DNA of 64,000 nt. Origin: Ylistrum balloti (taxonomy: Eukaryota). The first letter of the stretch is position 1. Every line of letters begins with the position of its first letter. Where the stretch lies: contig NW_026782216.1 in assembly GCF_031769215.1 (NCBI RefSeq), positions 1 to 64,000 on the forward strand. Reading direction: 5' to 3'. Both the position numbers and the translations under genes were made by a program. The notes below the pieces were generated by a model. The model saw only the letters and a program-made list of their open reading frames with translations. It had not been told where the DNA came from and ran no database searches. Positions 33,181 through 45,812 of this stretch are shown here, one piece after another.

Positions 33181-36080
33181 CTAACAAACATGCATCTCTA
33201 GAAAGTTGCTTCGGCTCTGGAGGACTGGTCCCCAGGGATTTCTTTCCACGACCTGGGCTGGCGAGTCACTTCTAGTTGATGGCATTGTCCTAGAATTTGG
33301 ATGATGTTCCTTTGGGGCAGGGAGTGTTGAGAACTGGTGGCGATGAGGCTCATCTTTCCTTAAACAGCATCTACGGATTGGACAAATGAGCATTGATGAA
33401 ATTTTTGGATTTTAATAGTTCAATAAGAAATTAATCACCAATTGCTTATCAAAGAAAATAATCTGAGAAAATTATCAACCACATCAGGGAAATTATACAT
33501 GAGTTCCTCAACTATATGTGTCGCCTGCATAAAGTGTCACGATTACCAAGGAATCAAACTGGATGTGCAACGTTCAACAATAAAGTTGTAATACCAAATT
33601 TCATTTCTATAACTCAAAGCATAAAGGGAAAACTGTGCAAAGCAATATTTCTGAGAAATTTTCCAAGTTCAAAGGGACACATCACTGCCAAGAAGGGTCA
33701 CAGACTGCCAAGAAGCGAACTCGGTGCGTAACTTTTGACCAAGAACTCATATACGAAATTGCATTTTGATAACTCGAAGCATAACCAAGAAAATTTTCCA
33801 AGTCCAACAGGGCATAACTCTGCCAAGGAAGCCGTGAATCGAACCTTATCTATAATGTTCGACCAAGAAGCCATTTCTCATATTTCATTTCAAAAACTTC
33901 AAATTCCCTTGTTTATAACTTGATTTTACAGACCAGAAATGCTGAGGTCTAACAGACTTGGAAAACAATGCGAGAGGCAGGACCAAGACTGATATTTGAC
34001 ATTGAATGTAGGCCTGAATCAATGGCTTAGTGCCATATAAATGTGTTGCTCAAACATGAAAGTTACAAAATATTTATACACAAGACTTTTTTTAGGGCTT
34101 TCCCCAAGTCGAATAATTGGCTCCATTCAATTTGAAATTATTTCAAATTCACAAAATTTATAATAAGCTTCTGAACCTTCCCAATTTCAATTCATAAATT
34201 TTCTTCCAAGAAGGAAACAAAAATTTGCAATCCTGTCCAGTGACAACAGATTCATATTTTAGTTCTATGTTCTTACCTTTCAGGTGATACACCACCACAT
34301 TCTTTACACATATCCTTGACCATTGTGATGCAGATTCACAGGGAATTTGCTGCAGAAACAGGTCTTATAACCACCGTAATCTGGAAGTTATTTTGTATTT
34401 TTTTACCACTAAGGTAGGTTTAGATTGTACTGCTGCTGTATTAGTAGTATAGTGTGCTGCTGCTGGCTGGTGAAACTATTACTGGCTGCTACTGGCAATT
34501 TCTGGCATTTGAATACCGAAATTTTCTTAACCACTGCAAAAGCAAATATACATGTCAGGAGACACTGTGCAGCTTGTGTACATTGTACAGAAACAATACA
34601 ATCTTACTGTGAGTCTAGCTGAACCATAGGCATCTGTTCCATTAATAACAAAAAACACTAGCTAGCTTTGTCATACATCATTCTTATTATCAAGGAGACA
34701 AATTTACCAGTGAAATTCAATTTGGCAGTATATCTTTTTCCTAAACATTACCATGTTTAAATATAAAATCTAGATCTGTGTACAACTTTTATTTCTCTTT
34801 TTTTTTTGCACTAAATTTTCTGCACTTACAGGAATCAAAGACTGTATTGTGAAATGGATAATCTACAAAAGAAGGCAAATTTCAGGATTTTTTTCCTTTT
34901 TAGAATTCTTCCTTATGACTACTGACAGTATCAAAATAACTTCCCTAAGGTCAGTTCGGACAGGTCAAAGTAGTGGTAATATCATATCCCCTGCCAATCC
35001 AAAAATTGACTGTCCAATCATAGCATATTGGAGAATCCAGAATGCAATCACTGAATGGATCATAAATTTTCTTCTAGCTAAACATGGGTTCATTTCACCA
35101 GTCTGTAAGATGTTCACTTAGGACTGCTGCTGCAGTTGGAATCCCAAGGTTTTGTTTGGTTTATTTCTTGTCAATTTTAAAATATACACAAATATAACAC
35201 ACACTATTTTGCTGATAAAAAGAAAACCTGTTTTTGCCTAGTCAAGATAATGTTTGTAAATCTATCTAGCCAGACCTATATAGAATTCACACAAATCAAA
35301 TATATTTTTTGTTTATATTCAATTCCATGAAATTCAAATCAACTTTATTAGCACAATCATAAGAACAAAAAAATATGTTTACCAACGTAGAAGAGACATT
35401 CAGCCAAATAATACTAAATCATTCCGTTATAATAACTGGTTTGATAAATAGGCCTGGTGAGAACATAAGTAGGTTCTTCTGCGACTTAATGTCTACAAAA
35501 TTGTTCCTGAAGCGAATAACCCTTTAAATGCATACTTCATTTTCTGACCTTAAAAAAGGGGTTTAAATGGAAGTACTGTATATTTGTGTTATATACGTCT
35601 CTGGTACTATTGGCCTACGTTCTATATAAAGTTATATACAAGGCTATATTTGACCTCCCACCTGTTCACAACTCCCGCCCTGATAACCAGATCATTAACA
35701 GTCTCATTAAGAGATCCTTAGTCAATTTGTCTTTATTTTCACTGCATAGAACGTTATCTTAAATTTAATATAAACCATATTGTATTCAAAGCGAGTCATG
35801 CTATCGTAAACGACGCGCTGTCTAGGATCACAAATTTTGTGATCCTAAGACTTCACGTTATTTTTGAAACTCGCGACAGAAAGTGAGATTTATCCAATAG
35901 AAGCCAGTCATACTTACATCAACGCTTGTTTACACCTCTTGCGCCTCTGCAGACGTTCAGCTTCGTTATGGAGTAGATCTATTCGCATTATCACCAAACG
36001 GTGTGAACGTTCTAGTTTGGTATCCAAATGGATAAATGGCCTATTTGTGAAGTTCACGTGAAAACTAAATTCGACGACTT
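33181..36080 (-). ncRNA. Candidate spliced transcript with only short ORFs (lncRNA, microprotein gene or decayed gene)
   Basis: Canonical minus-strand junctions define exons ...-35918, 35548-35383, 34862-34830, 34633-34608, 34533-34277 and 33370-.... The longest spliced ORF I found is 78 aa (34323-34277 + 33370-33181). Confidence 0.4.
33490..33960 (-). mobile_element. HINE/pearl-like non-autonomous element fragment
   Basis: Repeated ttccaagt.caa.agggc(a)taactc and ataccaaatttcatt motifs, reverse-complementary in style to the 59.5 kb element. Confidence 0.55.
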
Positions 36081-36130
36081 CCATATTTGGTACCTAACAC
36101 GAGGTAAGTACAATCCGATTGGCCTGTCAA
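35760..36130. promoter_or_regulatory. CpG-rich candidate bidirectional promoter
   Basis: Abrupt rise in CpG content, CCAAT (~35894), ATTGG (~36117) and TCACGTGA (36054-36061). Outward-facing gtaagt donors lie at 35917 (-) and ~36105 (+). Confidence 0.45.
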
Positions 36131-36432
36131 TGTAGGTCACACTTGATGCTTCGGAGTATTTCTAGGGTTACCTCCATTTGATAACCAAACTCAAGAGGGT
36201 GACAGAAAAATTTAAAACTTACGATGTAAACAAAGGCCAACTCACAGCAGTCAGGGAAAGTACGATTGTTGAGAAACTTGTAACATACTGTATGATCTAC
36301 ACCACGTATTCCGGAAATCGCGATCATGCGAATCACAACTATTTCACTTTATCCTTGAACCGACAGAAAACGATAACAGAAACAAACAAACTGACCATAT
36401 TATAATTGATATTACAAAGGCGTTCGGTAAAG

Positions 36433-36730
36433 CAGGGACGTAGACCCTGGATAAAGTACCTCATAATCGCCTTTTATACAAACTAAAACTGTATGGTATA
36501 CAGTCTACTAAGTAATCTTAATAAATGAATAAATAAATAAACAGTCTGTCCCCGTTGGATATAAAATTTCAAAATTTATACCAAATATTTCAACTTTTAC
36601 TTTGTCGGCGCGTCCCTGATTGTCTACTGGCAGCAGTGTAAATGAACAGGTATTAGGATGTATGTAGGCCTGTACTGACGACTGTGACACATTGCCAGTA
36701 AGCAACAGGTACATGTTACCAGGGACGTAT
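36433..36730. repeat. Dispersed repeat with cagggacg/cgtccctg inverted motif; related copy at 43480-43560
   Basis: Shared cgtccctgatt...gacaggt.t.ag context in both places; no target-site duplication found. Confidence 0.35.
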
Positions 36731-37399
36731 ACTGATGTTACCTATAAACCATTTTATTAACTATTGTACTATTCATTTATGTAAATTTCTGTTTTGCTTT
36801 TAGATAATTTTGTTGACGCCGTGTTGGCCCGTACATGTCTAACACATTTCTTGCTTTACTTTCGATTAATTAACATATTTGACGGCTTGTGATGGAGAAC
36901 AAGTGACATTTAATGGACCTCCCAAGGAGCCAAAGGTATACAGTGTGCTTATGATAAAAGTCCATTATGATAATTATTGTGAGTGTTATTTGGATGAGGA
37001 GGGGAGTAGGAGTGTGCGCATCTGTAAGATGGTAATATCACTAATCAAGTTCGTATTTATAATGAACCCTGTATAAGTGCATGGCATCCGTTGAAGAAAC
37101 ATATTTCAAGGTCAGAATTCGAGCCTTCTATCACAAAAAATGCAGGTAACATTTAAAAAACGTAGTTTTTACTGTAAGAAAGCCAATCTGATTAAAACCG
37201 GAGTGTATCATAGTATATTACGATATGGTTTTAATGACAATGTATAATAAATCCGATATCAATAGTTCCAGAACGTTCAAAACCAAAATTCATTGGAGAC
37301 TAACAATTGACTAGAGACCTATATACTCCTGTCTTACCCGGCAGGTTCAAGTATCGTAACACTCGTTCCAAAGAATTCCGACATCGAATACACTACTTA

Positions 37400-37530
37400 T
37401 ATGGCGGGTGTCGTGCATGAAACAAAAGACGCTTACCCTTCCGGAACTCCTAGTCCAATTCTCCTTGTCCCTTTTCAGAAGTCTCGGTGTAGAATTTCTG
37501 TTCTTAATATTTTACCCTAGTTTTATTGAA
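37400..37530 (+). mobile_element. Fragment of a common bivalve interspersed repeat (retroelement tail type)
   Basis: ggcgggtgtc...gacgcttacccttccggaactcct motif; a more decayed relative lies near 26570-26640. Confidence 0.45.
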
Positions 37531-40039
37531 TTTGAGTTTAGATAATGATTCTATTGACATGTTGGTATTTCTCGATAGCTGTACCTCTCTTCCACAACAT
37601 ACGTTGTTTACATGTCGCACTGGATTAGGTTTTCAAGGATTGCTTCAGATATAAAGATTTCCGTACAAGATGTCAACAGCTTAGAGAAACATATGATTAC
37701 TAGAAATGCAAGTTGAAGAAGAGCTATTTCAAAGTTTTCTGATGCTTTTTACTCCCGCTGTTGTGGCTTTTCGGCCTTTCAGTAGAACATATTTGGAAGG
37801 GTTATCTCGAACAATTTAGATTTCTTACATATTTCAACATCTTAGGCCCAAAGAATTTCTGACGAGTCTATGGAGTAGTAGGAAACAGTTTATTTGCAGT
37901 TTTCCTCAAATTATAGGTCATGCTTGAGGTATACAAGTATGGCAGGTTGGTAATGTAAACTACACCCTTCGTGCATATATATTTATAAACCACATAACAA
38001 TTATATTAATAGTAGAGAAATGAAAATTGTGTAAATGAAAAAAAGCCCAAATTTCTTTCGTGTGATTCCCATGGTTACCAATTTAAAAAATACAAAAATA
38101 CTACCAATCCAACCTAACAATACAACTTTATAGAAGGAATTTATTTGTGCACACCTGTCTTAAAATAAACAACACTGCCATGGTAACAAATTACTTACAT
38201 TTCAGCAAATTTCAACTTTAACCAATTTTAGCAGGGATTTATGTTTCATCTTTTTATTAAAACTTTTGTAATGGGGTAATCTAATGAACAAAAATATCAC
38301 TCATGGCCATACCGACAGTCTGTGTACTTCTACCTGAAGGTTGAAGCCGCTGTATGATTCAGTTTGATTAATCGTTGCTTTGGAATTATGTGTGAGAGAA
38401 ATCCATTAATGCTTTACAATATTTTAGGATATCCCATCCCATATAGGTCCAGCGATCGCTGTATATCGGCTTACCTCATCTATATATATATCAGAATTGA
38501 CCTAGTTGTCCCGATTGCACATACCGATGTTCTCGACAACGAACTTTTAAGTCTATATCTATCTCTACTACCTCTATCTTACATACATATAAGGGCATGA
38601 TGCGGTCACCAGCAAATGTCAAGTAGTCTGGTGTTTAAGCGATGCTGTAATCGGTTAAAAGGAGAGATCAGTATTTCGTGTGGCCAACATGTAAAACATC
38701 ATATCCATGGCATCTAAATTCGATCAGATATGATAATGAGTCAATAAAACATGACGTAATTTAAATATTTGACGATTTTGCAGTATTTAATTCGTCTTCT
38801 CCCGCGATTTTTAACCAAGATTGTTAAAGAAATATACCTGTAACACCATTCAACATGATGTAAATCGAGTGACTGGTATTCAACGTACGAGGGATGGGCT
38901 TAAAAGGATAACGGGGATTTTTTACCAACTCTTTCCGATTCGTATGAACAAAGGGATTTTTTTTCAAGCATCCTTAAACTAGATTTCTTCATGTTGCAAA
39001 AACCAAGGAATCACAACAGAAAAATCCAATGTCCAAGAAAGTCTATTCCCCAAAGCACTGATGGAAGTAAAAGTATGAAGATACCCTTGATAACACAAAA
39101 TGCAATGTTACTGGATAAATGATGTCGAAAAATAAGTAATCTAAAATCTAATAGATATCAATCAAATATAGGCATTTATGAATAATGTCTTTCAAATGCA
39201 ACAGATTTTTTTTTTCAGTGACAGATGCAGTTTGTTTACTAATACTAGTCAAATGCATGGTAACATGTTGTTGTTTATGATATGATATTGTAAGAAGTCG
39301 AAACATGATCAAAGTCCACAAATACAGCTTCAATGATCCATCTTCGTCTTTTTATCCATCAAACATTTTACCAAGATAGGAGGATTCACAAAACAGACTG
39401 TAATGATATTTTCCTTAGTTCATTGATATCATCTACACAGTGTAACACACCGGAAGTCGAGCAATTTTTAGAGATATTACTGAATATCGTAGGAGTCCAA
39501 CACTGATTCAAAATTACTTGTGAAACAGCTCGTATTAGATTAATATGCATACCTTTCAATAACATGGAACTGTTATAGCCGCTACAAGTTCCTACATTTT
39601 TAGCATAAAAAGTTATTTTTCAAAACAATACAAGTGTCTAACATTTTTACCGTGCATTGACATCCTTACACTCTGTGCCTTTTATCTGTTAATGTCAATT
39701 GTTCAGGTGACCCAGCAGTATAAAAACGTGCACGTTATGGAAATAAGTCAGTGACTGTCAGTACTGGGTCAAGGTCAAACGCTATCTATTTCATATCTGG
39801 ATAATCATATAAATAAGTCGACCGATTTTCGGGCACTTGATTGAAATCAGTATTTCAAGATATTTTCATTTCTATTTTCATCACAACTCGGCTGATTCCA
39901 TAACTACTATTATCATACAGGCACTGATGCTAGCCGAGGTTAGCCAAATGTCACTAAACTAAAGAATGACAACTCTGATATGTTACAAAGCTTGATTAAT
40001 TAGCCAAACGCTTCTTGAATTAATAGCGAACACTTAACT

Positions 40040-41636
40040 TCACTATATAAGAGGCTAGACCCTCATCACTATATCAGATACTAGAACCTCATCACTATAT
40101 CAGATACTAGAACTTCGTCACTATATCAGATACTAGAACCTCATCACTATATCAGATACTAGAACCTCATCACTATATCAGTGGCTACACACTCATCGCT
40201 ATATCAGAGGCTGGAACCTCATCACTATATCAGATACTAGAACCTCAACACTATATCAGATACTAGAACCTCACCACTATATCAGTGGCTACACACTCAT
40301 CGCTATATCAGAGGCTGGAACCTCATCACTATATCAGATACTAGAACCTCAACACTATATAAGATACTAGAACCTCATCACTATATCAGATACTAGAACC
40401 TCATCACTATATCAGATACTAGAACCTCACCACTATATCAGTGGCTACACACTCATCACTATATAAGAGGCTAGACCCTCATCACTATATCAGATACTAG
40501 AACCTCATCACTGTATCAGATACTAGAACTTCATCACTATATTAGATACTAGAACCTCATCACTATATCAGATACTAGAACCTCATCACTATATAAGAGG
40601 CTAGACCCTCATCACTATATCAGATACTAGAACCTCATCACTATATCAGATACTAGAACTTCATCACATCTAGAACCTCATCACTATATCAGTGGCTACA
40701 CACTCATCGCTATATCAGAGGCTGGAACCTCATCACTATATCAGATACTAGAACCTCAACACTATATCAGATACTAGAACCTCACCCTATATCAGTGGCT
40801 ACACACTCATCTATATCAGACTGGAACCTCATCACTATATCAGATACTAGAACCTCAACACTATATAAGATACTAGAACCTCATCACTATATCAGATACT
40901 AGAACCTCATCACTATATCAGATACTAGAACCTCACCACTATATCAGTGGCTACACACTCATCACTATATAAGAGGCTAGACCCTCATCACTATATCAGA
41001 TACTAGAACCTCATCACTGTATCAGATACTAGAACTTCATCACTATATTAGATACTAGAACCTCATCACTATATCAGATACTAGAACCTCATCACTATAT
41101 AAGAGGCTAGACCCTCATCACTATATCAGATACTAGAACCTCATCACTATATCAGATACTAGAACTTCATCACTATATTAGATACTAGAACCTCATCACT
41201 ATATCAGATACTAGAACCTCACCACTATATCAGTGGCTACACACTCATCGCTATATCAGAGGCTGGAACCTCATCACTATATCAGATACTAGAACCTCAA
41301 CACTATATCAGATCCTAGAACCTCATCACTATATCAGATACTAGAACCTCATCACTATATCAGATACTAGAACCTCACCACTATATCAGTGGCTACACAC
41401 TCATCGCTATATCAGAGGCTGGAACCTCATCACTATATCAGATACTAGAACCTCAACACTATATCAGATCCTAGAACCTCATCACTATATCAGATACTAG
41501 AACCTCATCACTATATCAGATACTAGAACCTCAACACTATATCAGATACTAGAACCTCATCACTAAACAGAGGTTAGAAGTTATAATCACTATATCCGAG
41601 GCTAGAACTTCATCACTGTATCTGAGGTTAGAAACT
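40040..41636. repeat. 26-bp minisatellite (~61 units) with higher-order structure
   Basis: Unit gatactagaacctcatcactatatca with recurring variants gtggctacacac.. and gaggctggaa... Confidence 0.95.
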
Positions 41637-43256
41637 CTAAAGCCACCGGCTGGAATTCGATCAAACACGACCGCACATTTATCATCTAGTGTGCATATCA
41701 ATCATTCACCAGTACTGTTAGCAACGTAGACTGGTTCAATGGTATGAAGATTTCGTCTTTCTTTCTTCCAGTGCGTATAATTTCGGACAAGTGTTGGAAT
41801 ACCATTCTGCATACCAAGACAACAAGAGAGAAATCAGGAAGAAGAATAGTACAAATCAAACACGCCACTCAGCACTGTTAATTACTAACTGGAAGGAAGG
41901 AAGGAAGGAACAGACGATCGGTTCAATCAGTCACACAGGGCGACATTGTCCTCAACTGTTATATATATTTTTACATAGCCTTGACAGAATCAAAGGGGAC
42001 ACAGAAAATCAAACGTCAGACTGGAGAGGGAAACGCAAAACACCAACATTAATACAGATACATTTATTGAACGATGTCCTTATTACATCATTTAGAACAT
42101 GTTTGATTAAAATCAAGTATGAACACATAATTTGATAACGATTCTTTGCATTTCATAACCTGTGGACTTACTGAAAGTATATTTGTAGTAATAGACGTCG
42201 ATTAAAACACGTTACCAGAGAATATTTGTCAAATTGATATCACACTGCAAAATAAATGTTCCATCTGGCCTCACAACACAGTAAAGCATTAAAAATATAA
42301 TGAAATACAATGAAAACACCAGTATCACATACATAATTTTGTAAGATGATGCCATAGAGATGCTTTTTAATATGCTGGCTGGATGTGTCATTATTCGTTA
42401 CAACTCGGCTACTATTAGGAGGTAGCGGAACCAGCCGAGGTGTGCCAAAATATAAGGAACAACAACTCTGATAGGTTACAAAGCCTGATTAAATAGTCAA
42501 ACGCTTCTTGAATTAATAGCAAGCATTTAACGATATCGTGTTGTAAAAATCAAAACGATTAAAACAGAACACAAGGAAAACAGCAAATACCACGTGATCA
42601 TTTTTTGTTAGATGGAAGGTATATTGCCGTATACAGCTATCTTATCATATAGCGCCCTTGTCAAATATTCCTGTGGTTATCAAAACATGCTAAAAACTTC
42701 GAATAATTCAAATGAACTTAACAAAAACATACATTAACTGCTTGAAAAATAAAACAATAACAATAAAAATTTAAATAATCAAAACAGATAAAACAACACG
42801 TTTGATTTCCTGTTCTCATTCATATCATTTCCGTTAAACTGGTATCGAAACCTTTGAATATTCTTATTGGTAAAAGCATGTCATAGTAGGCAAGGAAGAC
42901 ATATTTGAAATATTCCCTCTTCAAGCAGGTTGAAGCGCAATGTTTAAGACTTCCAATTTACTGTTTTATCATCTGAAATCGACGTAGTCGCAAGCTGCAC
43001 GCTCATTTGTCTGCTTTCTGTCTCCATAGCAACACATTGAGTTTGTCTGTTGTGTCTGCTATTGTTGTAGTCAACATCATGGAAATTCAGTCTGACAATG
43101 TGTATTACAATAAAATGAGCGATAATGCACTCATCAATGAAAGTTAAAGCAAATCAAAAGTTATAAAATGATGAAATTCAAACAAATAAATGTGGCTGTC
43201 GAATATAATGCAAATTATTATCACAAGCATTTGGCAATATTAGCAAGAGACCAACG

Positions 43257-43688
43257 AAGTAAAACTTCGCATAGAGACCACCTCACTATCAAGACTACTT
43301 CATTTCAGTCCCCCAATAATCATCTATACAAGATACAAGAAATTTGATAAACATTATCACAGAAGAGCTTTGTTTTCTAAGCTTCAAACCACCTCACTAT
43401 TAATACCAGTTTTTAAAAAAGTTCCAAAGACCGCTCACACCACTAGCTAGTCAGACATAAAGTTACCGGGTGTATATTCCGCCAGGGACGTCCCTGATTT
43501 CACCGTGTACTGGTGACAGGTGTCAGATCTGTTAGCTGTATTTACGTGTCAATCTGGTTAATCATATATAACTATTTTTTGATTTTATGACTGAAAATAT
43601 GAACAAGTGCCCGTAAAGCGACCAACCTGATATCAAGACCACTTTTCTCTAGTCACGAAGGTGGAATTCTTAGCGAGGTTTCACACTA
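43257..43688. mobile_element. Tc1/pogo(Tigger)-like MITE relic
   Basis: Imperfect TIRs gtaaaacttcgcatag / cttagcgaggtttcac and repeated internal agaccac motifs. Confidence 0.45.
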
Positions 43689-44327
43689 TAAGAAGCAATG
43701 CTGAATACACAGGACCAGCAAACATGGCTAGCATCTTCAAACTCAAGCATTTTACTCTAGATATTCATATATTCGCCCTACATTTTTCAAATACGAAATC
43801 GCAAAACCCTTCAATTTTGAAGATTCAGCGCCAGACTTTTGCTCCCTGTTGAAAATACTGTTGAATATGATCGTAAAATGAATAATAAGATCAAAATGTA
43901 AGAATCAGAAAAAAGAAATCACGTGGACAAAGACTTTTATATTATATTATTATATTCCTGTTAACACCAATGCGTTTGGCACCCTGTTGATTTACAATGT
44001 AAAACTAGTGATCTATATTCAAAATCTTGTGAGTACTCATTTGTTACAAAACTGTCGACCGTAACATTAATTAGACACAATTTAAAGAAGCTGCAGTAAG
44101 GTTTACTTATTCCCAGTGAAAAAATATTTTTGTTCCGTTTAACGATAGTTGGTATGGATTGGTCTCGATATATAACAGTGTCACTATATGGTATACGAGT
44201 ATAACTGAATATACTTAATAAAAACTTCAACAAAATAAAAAAAAAACAGCAACAAAGTTGAAAAAAAAAACCCACACAACTTGAAACTTAACATGTCTAT
44301 AGAGTTTTAACTAGGATTTTATCACAG

Positions 44328-44430
44328 ATGACGAGAATGTTGTCCAATACATACTACTTCGTAGTACTAGTAACCACAACAAGCGGGTAAAAACGGCGGA
44401 TCATGGCTATTCTGATCGATTCATTCTCAG
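44328..44430 (+). other. Orphan candidate coding exon (103 nt, phase 1-2)
   Basis: ttttatcacag| ... ctcag|gtatgc with an open frame (D)DENVVQYILLRSTSNHNKRVKTADHGYSDRFIL. Confidence 0.35.
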
Positions 44431-44765
44431 GTATGCTCATTTTAAATATAAACATGTTCTTGACCGTTTGCACATGACCATGTCCATCGTTGGGAGACGA
44501 ACAGAAACGTTGATCCATTAATATTGTATGGAATAAGAGTTCCTCACGAGTTATTATAAACGCAGTCAGCAGTTTCGCCCTTCAACTTCACTGTATACAT
44601 TACTTCTAATATCCAGAAAATACGTACTGTTTTATAAACCGTACATTTATATAGATATATAATGACGGATGATTGCATAATTAGCATTACGGTTGCAAAA
44701 GTAATATTCAAAAACACAAATCACAATTTACATCACTTTGTACTATCACGGGACTACAGTTTTAA

Positions 44766-45812
44766 TTACTGGATACCAACGAAATGTGTGATTGGTGGAG
44801 CGTTGACCATTAATTTTTTATACTTTCTAGTGAATATGTCCAGTCTGCTACGGTACGTGTCTTCATTATACGGGAGTCCGGTTTTCTTGAGGAACTTTGA
44901 CACTGTTGGTTGGATTTTGAGACACATGTTGTCAGAGAGGGTCGGGAACAAGTGATGCTCCACATGGCAACTTACGATGGAGTGTCCAAAGCTATAGTCC
45001 AGAATAGGATTACGGGGAAGATTCAATACTCCCGTGGTCATTTGATAAATTCTAACAGGACGACTTTTCTGGGAATACATTGGAAGTCCGATATGCTGGA
45101 AAATATTTACATGGATGTACGGAATGGAAAGCATTGCACGTGCTGCCCATGTGACCATCAATGCTTGCATGAACGTAAATCCGGATATATTCATTAAGAG
45201 GCAGAAGTTGATCGAAAGGCCAATGGTTGCTAAAAACATGTATCGTATCATTTGAGGCCACTTCCCCCTCAGTTCTGATAAGGAAACGGGAATAGTGATG
45301 ACTGGAACAAGCAAGGGCGCCACATACATGTACAAATACGCTGGAAGAAACGGAATCTTCCACGTACTTGAGTCTCCAAGTCCGATTATATTTGTATGTG
45401 GATGATGGTTCTTAATATGAATATCATATGCCGCGTCCGACGGAAATGTTCCGGCAATATCTGAACATAGGATCATCCATAGACGGTTCCAGACGGGCGA
45501 TGCACACATGGCTCCGTGTGCAGCAGCATGTGCACCTTTAACGGCGATCGAATTGTGGCAGTATCCATATACTACAATACCCAGAACCATAACAAGCACA
45601 TTATCTGACGACATTAAGTAGGCTCCTACAAATACCATCCCAAACACGATTAACATGATCATCCAGTCCACACCATACAGATCCCACCAAGAAGATTTAT
45701 GGATGATCAAATTCACTTCCTCTCTTAAATTCGCCATTTTCGGAAGGTCTTTTAATTTCACTTTATCATAAACCTCCTCTGGTTGACCACGATCTGCCCC
45801 GAAGTAGCCCAT
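44766..45812 (-). CDS. FADS6: Fatty acid desaturase 6-like (no cytochrome b5 domain), single-exon CDS, 348 aa
   Basis: Three His boxes (HAAAH, HIKNHH, HVEHHLFP), hydrophobic segments and a C-terminal APPITHFVGIQ resembling vertebrate FADS6. Confidence 0.92.
   Translation of the reverse strand: MGYFGADRGQPEEVYDKVKLKDLPKMANLREEVNLIIHKSSWWDLYGVDWMIMLIVFGMVFVGAYLMSSDNVLVMVLGIVVYGYCHNSIAVKGAHAAAHGAMCASPVWNRLWMILCSDIAGTFPSDAAYDIHIKNHHPHTNIIGLGDSSTWKIPFLPAYLYMYVAPLLVPVITIPVSLSELRGKWPQMIRYMFLATIGLSINFCLLMNISGFTFMQALMVTWAARAMLSIPYIHVNIFQHIGLPMYSQKSRPVRIYQMTTGVLNLPRNPILDYSFGHSIVSCHVEHHLFPTLSDNMCLKIQPTVSKFLKKTGLPYNEDTYRSRLDIFTRKYKKLMVNAPPITHFVGIQ

Noticed and set aside
27931-41636. CRISPR-like appearance of the regular arrays (70, 26, 36 and 45 bp)
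   Set aside because: The units are contiguous with no unique spacers, there are no cas genes, and the context is eukaryotic.
41791-42135. 114-aa ORF after a strong acceptor
   Set aside because: It has low-complexity composition (ggaa repeats), no homology and no supported upstream exon.
43020-43033. Perfect RFX X-box GTCTCCATAGCAAC
   Set aside because: It is a single motif with no supported gene start nearby.
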